Shown piece after piece: positions 1 through 6,051 of a stretch of 32,000 nt of DNA. The notes beneath the pieces are model-generated. The model was given only the letters and a program-made list of their open reading frames with translations, did not search any database and was not told the origin of the DNA. Within the stretch, counting starts at the first letter, position 1, and each line of letters starts with the position of its first letter. This DNA is from Raphidiopsis brookii D9 (GTDB lineage: Bacteria; Cyanobacteriota; Cyanobacteriia; Cyanobacteriales; Nostocaceae). A program made the translations under genes and the position numbers. The stretch lies in the NCBI GenBank assembly GCA_000175855.1, contig ACYB01000029.1, positions 1 to 32,000 of the forward strand. Reading direction: 5' to 3'.

Positions 1-90
1 AGGTGGGGGGATCAAGCGATCGCCCCACCTCCCCTCACCTCCCATCGCCAAATTTACTATAATAGGTTAGTCCTACCTGAACTAAAGATA

Positions 91-900
91 ATGGTCACTA
101 CTGTAAAACTAGTCCCAACTCTACCAACACAGGACGAATTGCCTTACGATGATGGAGTGCCAATGGAAAGCCCACGACACAAACTGCAACTAGAGATCCT
201 AACAGAAACTCTGACTCCGTGGTTAGAACAGAGAGAAGATGGTTTCATGGGTGGGGACATGTTTGTATACTTCAGTGCCAATGAAGTCAAAACAGAGGAT
301 TTCAAGGGACCAGACTTCTTTACGGTATTAGGGGTGCCAAAGGGAGAGCGGAAAAGTTGGGTAGTATGGCAAGAGGGAAAAGGTCCCGACGTGATTGTAG
401 AGCTGTTGTCAGAGAGTACGGCTAAAACAGATAAGACGACCAAGAAGAGCATCTACCAGAACCAAATGAGGGTGCCAGAATATTTTTGGTATGACCCTTT
501 TAACCCGGAAGACTGGAAGGGATTTAAACTAATAAATGGAGTTTATAAGCCTTTAGAATTGGTAGAAGGTGGGTATATAAGTGAACAGATAAATTTAAAA
601 CTGGTATTATGGGAAGGGAGTTTTAAAGGATTAAATATAGTGTGGCTAAGGTGGGCAACGTTGGAAGGGGAGCTGTTACCAACCCAACAAGAAAAGATAC
701 AACGGGAATATGAACGAAGAGAGATAGCAGAAGCTTTAGTTATTCAAGAGCGTCAGGAAAAAGAGATAGCACAAGCCCTGGCTATTCAAGAGCGTCAGGA
801 AAAAGAGATAGCACAAGCTCTGGCTATTCAAGAGCGTCAAAAGAACGAAAAATTAGCTGTTTACTTACGTTCCCTTGGTATCAACCCAGATGAAATTTGA
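91..900 (+). CDS. Uma2 family (DUF820) putative restriction-endonuclease-like protein with a repeat-containing C-terminal tail
   Basis: 269-aa ORF. The N-terminal region (PTQDELPYDDGVPMESPRHKLQ...GGDMFVYF...PDFFTVLGV...W.VWQEGKGPDVIVELLS) matches my recollection of the Uma2/DUF820 family, which is abundant in cyanobacteria. The C-terminus carries three 14-aa repeats followed by an ...AVYLRSLGINPDEI tail. A TATAAT is present at 57-62. Confidence 0.8.
   Translation: MVTTVKLVPTLPTQDELPYDDGVPMESPRHKLQLEILTETLTPWLEQREDGFMGGDMFVYFSANEVKTEDFKGPDFFTVLGVPKGERKSWVVWQEGKGPDVIVELLSESTAKTDKTTKKSIYQNQMRVPEYFWYDPFNPEDWKGFKLINGVYKPLELVEGGYISEQINLKLVLWEGSFKGLNIVWLRWATLEGELLPTQQEKIQREYERREIAEALVIQERQEKEIAQALAIQERQEKEIAQALAIQERQKNEKLAVYLRSLGINPDEI
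721..846 (+). repeat. 3 x 42-bp in-frame tandem repeat inside the Uma2 gene
   Basis: Units at 721-762, 763-804 and 805-846 (gagatagcaSaagcYYtRgYtattcaagagcgtcaRRaaaaR) encode EIAEALVIQERQEK / EIAQALAIQERQEK / EIAQALAIQERQKN. Read directly from the sequence. Confidence 0.9.
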
Positions 901-1002
901 ATCTCTAAGTTACAATTGTATTATCAGTCGCAGTCTCGCTTTACCCTAAACCTTACTCCAGTCCCAAAAGCGATCGCACGTGCCATAAAAAACAATGTGT
1001 AA

Positions 1003-1256
1003 TCAGTCACAATTTCCACACCGGGCGATCGCATTTGTTCCCCTATCTTCCCAGTCTTGTGCTGTCATTTCTGTTGCTTCCAAGAGAGTTCAAACCTTCT
1101 AAAAGCATGGTTTGTAGTTGTTGGTTTGCTCTGGAGTTTTTGGTCTTGTCGCACTAATTCCCGAAAGTATTCGCGCTCCTATGCTGTAACCACTTTGCGC
1201 TAATATTCTACGTAAGATCCCATGGTGTCAGGTAAGGAAATATTTATGCTTTTCAT
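1003..1256 (-). pseudogene. Decayed ribbon-helix-helix (ParD/CopG-like) antitoxin gene, copy A
   Basis: The minus strand reads ATG AAA AGC ATA AAT ATT TCC TTA CCT GAC ACC ATG... = MKSINISLPDTMGSYVEY then TAG. Homologous coding signal continues in other frames: LAQSGYSIGA / EYFRELVRQDQK / TMLLEGLNS / EATEMTAQDWED. This is the pattern I recall for RHH antitoxins (NISLP...SEYFRELIRQDQ...LLEGL). At least three frame breaks are present. No toxin ORF lies downstream. Confidence 0.55.
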
Positions 1257-1315
1257 CGGGTGATTTATACAATAATCCAACATCATTTGATATAATGTAA
1301 AAAAGTCATCACATT

Positions 1316-1567
1316 ATGATAAAAACTATGTCACAGACTGGATTAAATCTATTCATTCCGATGGAGTTACTAATTAACTCTTTAAATTCCCTAAGTTTAT
1401 CAGAAAAACAACAACTTTGGCGTATTCTTGATGAAGCGATCGCTGATGCTGAAGAAGAAAGTTGGCGAGAAGATGAAGAGACTAAAAAAGAAATTCAATT
1501 AGTCCGTGAGGAATATACGAATGGGGAATATATGACTTTTCAACAGTATCTAAATCAGAGAAAATAG
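1316..1567 (+). CDS. Putative type II antitoxin (addiction-module component) paired with the downstream RelE/ParE toxin
   Basis: 83-aa acidic ORF ending 5 nt before the toxin start. The LSLSEKQQLWRILDEAI helix followed by a D/E-rich tail is typical of small antitoxins that partner RelE/ParE. The assignment rests mainly on position. Confidence 0.6.
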   Translation: MIKTMSQTGLNLFIPMELLINSLNSLSLSEKQQLWRILDEAIADAEEESWREDEETKKEIQLVREEYTNGEYMTFQQYLNQRK

Positions 1568-1572
1568 ATACT

Positions 1573-1833
1573 ATGACCTACAAGATTATTATTACTAAAT
1601 CTATTCAGAAACAATTAGATAATCTTCCTAGTAATATACAAGACCGTGTATATGAGAAGATTTCCCAACTTGCAGAAGAACCTCGTCCTGATGGAGTGGC
1701 TAAGTTGAAAGGATATGATAATGAATATCGAATTAGAATAGGAGATTATCGTCTAGTTTATGAAATTCAAGATGAGAAATTAATAGTTTTAATTCTTCAA
1801 TGTAAGCATCGTCGTGATGTTTATAAAAAATAA
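1573..1833 (+). CDS. Type II toxin, RelE/ParE family (mRNA interferase)
   Basis: 86 aa. KIIITKSIQKQLDNLPSNIQDRVYEKISQLAEEPRPDGVAKLKG..NEYRIRIGDYRLVYEIQDEKLIVLILQCKHRRDVY fits the canonical RelE/StbE layout (RIRIGDYR[LVI]Y...V..V.HR...Y). Confidence 0.85.
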   Translation: MTYKIIITKSIQKQLDNLPSNIQDRVYEKISQLAEEPRPDGVAKLKGYDNEYRIRIGDYRLVYEIQDEKLIVLILQCKHRRDVYKK

Positions 1834-1871
1834 AGGATGTTGGGTTTCCTTGCGTCAACCCAACCTAAAAA

Positions 1872-2465
1872 CTACTTTTTAATACCTTTAATAAATTCTG
1901 TTCTCCCATCAATAATGGAAGGTATTAAAACACAAGTTACTAACAAATATATATCTAAATCTGGCAATAATTGACTTTGATTAATTTGCTCATAATTACC
2001 ATTTTTCAAATGATATAGAAATAATTTATCATTCTCCCAAAACCAAACTTCAGTAATATTAAACCGTTTATATTTTTCCAGTTTATCAATACTTCCACTG
2101 GTAATATTAACCTCAATTGCTAAATCTGGATTTTCCTTTTTCTCTCCGATATAATAAGATTCATCAGGTTCAAAGGAAGCGCCCTTTTCTTTTGCGCGAC
2201 GGGTAGCACTACCGACTGGGATAAAGTTGATCCCTTTTTCACAAAAGTATAATTCTAGTAAAAACCCAAGAATGGTTTTAATCATTTCGTGTTGTTCACC
2301 AAGTGTCATAAATTCGATGCACCCATCAAGATAAGTTATCCGCAAACCTGCTGCATCTGCGGTTAAGGTTTCTATTGTTTCAAATTCCTCCCAGGTGTAA
2401 TGGCCAGGTAGAAGAAATCGCTGTTCAGAAATTGTGGTAGTTTTGTCTAAGGTTTGGATAGTCAT
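1872..2465 (-). CDS. Uma2 family (DUF820) putative endonuclease, second paralogue
   Basis: 197 aa. ...YTWEEFETIE......RITYLDGCIEFMTLGEQHE....ILGFLLELYF...GINFIPVGSAT......ASFEPDESYYIG.....PDLAIEV..TSGSIDKLEKYKRFNITEVWFWEN fits the Uma2 core with a D...E.K-type motif (PDLAIEV). Confidence 0.8.
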   Translation of the reverse strand: MTIQTLDKTTTISEQRFLLPGHYTWEEFETIETLTADAAGLRITYLDGCIEFMTLGEQHEMIKTILGFLLELYFCEKGINFIPVGSATRRAKEKGASFEPDESYYIGEKKENPDLAIEVNITSGSIDKLEKYKRFNITEVWFWENDKLFLYHLKNGNYEQINQSQLLPDLDIYLLVTCVLIPSIIDGRTEFIKGIKK

Positions 2466-2486
2466 AGTAAGTTTATGTTTATGACT

Positions 2487-2540
2487 TTAAGTTTCATTAT
2501 AACTCATGGTGTCAGGTAAGGAAATATTGATGCTTTTCAT
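2487..2540 (-). pseudogene. 5' fragment of the RHH antitoxin gene (copy B), now a 17-codon mini-ORF upstream of Uma2
   Basis: The minus strand reads ATG AAA AGC ATC AAT ATT TCC TTA CCT GAC ACC ATG AGT TAT AAT GAA ACT TAA (MKSINISLPDTMSYNET*). The first 12 codons are nearly identical to copy A. The stop lies 21 nt upstream of the Uma2 ATG at 2465. Confidence 0.5.
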
Positions 2541-2602
2541 CAGGTGAATTTTTGAATGTTGTTTTCTCTATCATGGCGGTTTTTGTCATTTTCTGCTGTT
2601 GG

Positions 2603-2814
2603 GAGAAAAGACCATCCTTACCTGACACCATGAGAGCTTACAGAACTCGTAGCGCAACGTGATTACAGCAGCGGAGCGCGAATACTTTCGGGAATTAGTG
2701 CGACAAGACCAAAAACAAAGAGCAAAAGAACAAGTACAAACCATGCTTTTAGAAGGTTTAAACTCTCTTTGAAGCAACAGAAATGACAGCACAAGACTTT
2801 ACCATCTGTTAGAA
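2603..2814 (+). pseudogene. Decayed RHH (ParD/CopG-like) antitoxin gene, copy C, truncated by the IS630 element
   Basis: The plus strand reads (GAG)EKRPSLPDTMRAY..., then ELVAQRDYSSGA / EYFRELVRQDQKQRAKEQVQTMLLEGLNSL* / EATEMTAQDF in shifted frames. The start codon is lost. It is the reverse complement of 1053-1237 (copy A) and includes a 44-nt identical block. Similarity ends at 2798, and the IS630 end begins at 2817. Confidence 0.55.
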
Positions 2815-2884
2815 TAAGTAAGTTGGACTGAAAAAACCAAACTATGTGAAGATAAATAAATAGGATATACCGAGGTGATAAGAT

Positions 2885-3939
2885 ATGGGAGCTCGTTTAA
2901 GGGTATTTCTGACAAGTGAGGAAGATAAAACGCTGTTTAATCTAAGAAGTGCGGATGTACCACAGAAAGTCAAAGACCGAGCAGAAGTGATTAGGTTAAA
3001 TGCACATGGATGGTACGTGGAAAAAATAGCAGCTCATTTTAACTGGACTTCACAAACAGTTAGAGAGGTTTTACATAAATGGGAAAAGTTTGGTCTAGAA
3101 GGACTGTGGGAAAAATCTGGTCGAGGAGGAAAACCGAAATACAGGGATTCAGACATAGAATTTCTGGAGGAATGCCTGAAAAAAGAACCACGTACATACA
3201 ACAGTGTTCAATTAGCTCAAAAGTTAGAGACGGAACGCTCGGTTAAACTAAGTCCCGATAGGTTAAGACGGGTACTAAAAAAAAGGGGATCATTTGGAAA
3301 AGAACCAGAAAAAGCCACAAAGGAAAACAAGACCCAGAAAGTAAACAAATCAAGCAAGCAGACCTAGATATGTTGGAATTATCCGCTGCTGGGGGAGAAA
3401 TAGACTTGAAATATTTAGATGAATCAGGTTTTTGTATGTGGAGTGAACCGAGTTATACATATTACCAAAGAGGGGAGCAAAAAAACTTAGAGCAAACAAA
3501 ACGCCGTGGTCGAAGACTAAGTATTATTGGTCTTCTTCAACCCTTAATTAGTTTTGTTTACGGTTTAGTAATTGGGGGGGTGAATCGCAAATCTTATATT
3601 GAAATGATGGAGCATGAAGCCGAAGAAGCAGAAAAACTGGGACGTATAAGAGTAATAGTACAGGATAATGGTCCAATACATCAATGCAAAGAAGTGAGAA
3701 AGTTATGGTCAAAATGGGAGAGTCAGAATTTATACATTTTCTTTCTGCCCAAATATTGCTCTGAGATGAATCCAATTGAATTAGAGTGGAAACACCTTAA
3801 AAAAGATGAGATATCGGGAAAAATGTTTGAAGATGAGTTAGAGCTTGCTTATGCCGTAATGGATGGAGTAAACGCTAGGGGAAAAAGAAATAAGCATAGT
3901 ACAGAACGTATTAAATTTAACAACTCTTGCCTTTCTTAA
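2885..3939 (+). CDS. IS630-family DDE transposase, produced from two frames by a -1 frameshift
   Basis: The upstream frame (2885-3367) carries HTH/winged-helix regions. The downstream frame (to 3939) carries the DDE triad contexts LDESGF, VQDNGPIH and SEMNPIELEW. The downstream frame is open back to the A8 run and there reads KKGIIWKRTRKSHKGKQDP, the linker typical of full-length IS630 transposases. Confidence 0.85.
3277..3288 (+). promoter_or_regulatory. Candidate programmed -1 ribosomal frameshift site (A8G4) of the IS630 transposase
   Basis: The sequence aaaaaaaagggg sits exactly where the two transposase frames overlap. Slipping -1 joins ...RRVLKK to KGIIWKRTRK... Confidence 0.65.
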
Positions 3940-3981
3940 CCTTTCGTTACATAGCTATAAATTTCCCAGCCGACTTACTTA

Positions 3982-4391
3982 GTTCCTCAAAACAACGAGA
4001 TGACCTTGATAGGCAAGTTGCCTACATGCAATCCCTCTATCCAGGAGCAGAGATCATCAAGGATGTCGGGTCAGGACTTAACTTTAAAAGGAAAGGTTTG
4101 CTCTCCTTACTGGACAGACTTTTGCGCGGAGATAAATTCATCCTTGTTGTTGCCTGTCGGGATAGACTCGCAAGATTCGGATTTGATCTCGTACAATACA
4201 TGGTCGAGCAGAACGGTGGACAAATCTTGGTTCTCGATCAAACTATACACTGCCCACAATCAGAACTTACCCAGGATTTACTCTCAATTCTTCACGTCTT
4301 TTCCTACCGAATACAGGGACTCAGGAAATACTCTAAAAAAATCAAAGAAGATTTATCTGAAAATGACTTCAGCAAAAAAACAGAAGATTAA
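3982..4391 (+). pseudogene. IS607-type serine-recombinase transposase (TnpA), 5'-truncated
   Basis: SSSKQRDDLDRQVAYMQ...IIKDVGSGLNFKRKGLLSLLDRLLRGDKFILVVACRDRLARFGFDLVQYMVEQNGGQILVLD... is the resolvase-type catalytic domain, from just after the YxRVSS motif onward. The MerR-like HTH and N-terminus are absent. The first 18 codons of the 3927 ORF are IS630 sequence. Confidence 0.75.
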
Positions 4392-4556
4392 ATATTGGTT
4401 TGGTGTTTCTAGATTTGTATATAACGAAACAATCGGTTATTTGCAAAATATGGTAGAACCATGAACCGAGATTTGAATGGTGCGGGAGGAATTTATGTTC
4501 GTGCACTGGTTGATGCGCCTTGGGTAAGAGAAAACGTTAACTTATGTATTTGTTAA
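4339..4556 (+). pseudogene. TnpB (IS605 OrfB-type RNA-guided nuclease) relic: N-terminal ~40 codons fused out of frame to the last 30 codons
   Basis: Frame 1 reads ...KKIYLKMTSAKKQKIKYWFGVSRFVYNETIGYLQ (TnpB N-terminal FG..R.VYN motif) and stops at 4462-4464. The frame from 4464 reads NRDLNGAGGIYVRALVDAPW...*, the C-terminal RuvC-III D.N(G/A)A.NI motif. About 1 kb of a normal tnpB is missing between them. Confidence 0.6.
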
Positions 4557-4681
4557 CGTTAGTTAGCAAAAAAGTATCAGAAACGGAAATATAAAAGAAC
4601 AATATGAAGCACATATCCAGATATTATGAGGTGGACTGAGAACAGTTTAGTAGAGTTAATTACTCAAAAGTAGGGCCTAGT

Positions 4682-5375
4682 TTGCAAGCAAAAGATATTA
4701 AGGAGCAACTAAAGTCATTGAGTCAGACAGCCATGACGATAGATCCCCAATTAGCCAAAAGACTAGATGAGGTCAATCGTTGGGTAAAATGTATTCGTCC
4801 CGGTTCCCTAACAGCCAAACCCTATGTGCTGGCATTTCTCCTGGAAGTAATTACAGACTCAAGAATTTGGCTAGTAATTCAATCAACATCAGACCCGGTG
4901 GCCAAAAAGACAAAATTTGAGCAGATGACCGCTAATGAAAGGTATTGGTATGGTTATTTGTTCCCTAAGTGGATTAACTCCAGTGATACCAAATTTTACA
5001 TTTGGAAGAAAAAAATTATGGCGGGGGAATTTAATCAGTTGGATAATGATATTATTAGACTAATGGCCCAAGAGATAGAACGTCGGGAGGGTCAGGTTTG
5101 GCAACGCTATATTGCTGATCTTTCCATGGCTACAGACTTAATAGTGAGTAATCATCAACATAAACCACTTTGTATCCAGGTTACCAGTGTCAGTAAAGAG
5201 TTACACGCAAAAAAATAATGACAAGTGGCAACGCGCCATGCAAATTTGGCAAATAGAGAGAGGACTGTTTCTAAGTTATGATCCTGCTAACAATGACTTT
5301 ATTCGTCAGTCAGTAAATGTGTTGCTGTATAACAGTGATCATCTTTCTGAGGGTAAATACGTAAAATTTTCCTGA
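4682..5375 (+). CDS. Uncharacterised Trp-rich protein, split into two ORFs (4682-5218 and 5187-5375) at an A7 run
   Basis: ORFs of 178 aa and 62 aa in adjacent frames. Removing one A from the run at 5209-5215 joins ...IQVTSVSKELHAK to NNDKWQRAMQIWQIERGLFLSYDP... I recognise no family. The annotated start is TTG; an internal ATG lies at 4733. Confidence 0.5.
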
Positions 5376-5385
5376 TAGTGGATTT

Positions 5386-5907
5386 TTGATATCCGTTGCC
5401 CAATTATCTAAAATGTTACAGCTCACAACAGCATTTATGCTTAATCAAAAAGAAATGAACAGCATTACTCAAGTGGATGAATTGGCTGAAATTTTAACAG
5501 CGGCCCGCAGAATGCAGCAAGAGTGGTTAGAGTATGGAGTAAATTATGTACATCTTTACGTAGAAGATGTGGAGGGGGATTGGTTGGAGAAGTGGGGTGA
5601 AAATGAAGAGGTAGTAGAAAATCTGTTATTAGATCAGATCAAGGAATTTTTGATAAGTAACGATGACATTGCGGTGAAAATTAGGCATGGTTTGCGAGAT
5701 AGGTCACTTTTTGAATTAGCAGTAGATTTAGCAGCATATTTGGGGGTTGATTCAGGAGAGGAAAAAGTGTCTGTACTGATGGATATTTTAAGTAATTACT
5801 TAGATTTGTGTGATCTGGATTTAATTGATTTAGCCAGTAGATTAATGGTTGATGTTCTCCCGATTTCTCGGGAGAGTTCCCTCGGGCAACTTACTAAGTA
5901 TAAATGA
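5386..5907 (+). CDS. Uncharacterised acidic protein, probably co-transcribed with 4682-5375
   Basis: 173-aa ORF starting 10 nt after the previous stop (TTG at 5386; first ATG at 5413). It is visibly rich in D/E/L (e.g. YVEDVEGDWLEKWGENEEVVENLL, LDLCDLDLIDL). I recognise no family. Confidence 0.55.
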   Translation: MISVAQLSKMLQLTTAFMLNQKEMNSITQVDELAEILTAARRMQQEWLEYGVNYVHLYVEDVEGDWLEKWGENEEVVENLLLDQIKEFLISNDDIAVKIRHGLRDRSLFELAVDLAAYLGVDSGEEKVSVLMDILSNYLDLCDLDLIDLASRLMVDVLPISRESSLGQLTKYK

Positions 5908-6051
5908 TTACTATTCAGTATTCAATCCCCAAACCTGCTCAAATGATGGTATAATTGTTGATAACTTTGGAAAAAATGGCTAAACAACGACAATTTTTCC
6001 ATATTCCACAGTTGTTGCTATTGTTAGATACCTCCTGACTAAAAAATTGCA

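Larger units (their letters stand above)
2817..3979 (+). mobile_element. IS630-family insertion sequence, apparently intact
   Basis: Imperfect terminal inverted repeats: left AGTAAGTTGGACTG (2817-2830), right reverse complement AGTAAGTCGGCTGG (ends at 3979). TA dinucleotides flank both ends (2815-2816 and 3980-3981), as expected for the IS630/Tc1-mariner TA target duplication. One two-frame transposase gene lies inside. Confidence 0.85.

Noticed and set aside
901-1002. Possible remnant of a ParE/RelE toxin downstream of antitoxin relic A
   Set aside because: All three minus-strand frames give only short peptides (e.g. MARAIAFGTGVRFRVKRDCD*) with no recognisable toxin motif. The space before the Uma2 stop is too small for a toxin gene.
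2505-2632. 128-bp unit bounded by perfect 17-bp inverted repeats (CATGGTGTCAGGTAAGG), considered as a MITE or an invertase switch
   Set aside because: The 17-mer is the coding sequence for SLPDTM at the start of the antitoxin gene. The arrangement is explained by two antitoxin 5' ends placed head to head (copies B and C). No target-site duplication or other MITE hallmark is visible.
2586-2792. 68-aa minus-strand ORF (MLSFLLLQREFKPSKSMVCTC...) covering repeat copy C
   Set aside because: It is antisense to the antitoxin-like reading. The homologous stretch in copy A (from about 1061) is broken by indels and an early stop. The ORF is therefore not conserved between the two copies and is most likely a shadow ORF.
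3927-3981. N-terminal 18 codons of the 3927-4391 ORF (MPFLTFRYIAINFPADLL)
   Set aside because: These codons lie inside the IS630 right end and are a fortuitous in-frame extension. Recombinase homology begins only after the IS630 boundary at 3982.
4000-4464. 154-aa ORF overlapping the tnpA relic in another frame
   Set aside because: Most of it is an out-of-frame read of the serine-recombinase sequence. Only its last ~40 codons (from about 4339) look like real coding sequence (the TnpB N-terminus), and these are annotated separately.
5908-6051. Expected yybP-ykoY (Mn) riboswitch or PRE-like element upstream of the TerC-family gene
   Set aside because: I could not find the conserved riboswitch core sequences by eye. 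Only a TATAAT box and a small ORF are visible. A covariance-model search would be needed to exclude it formally.
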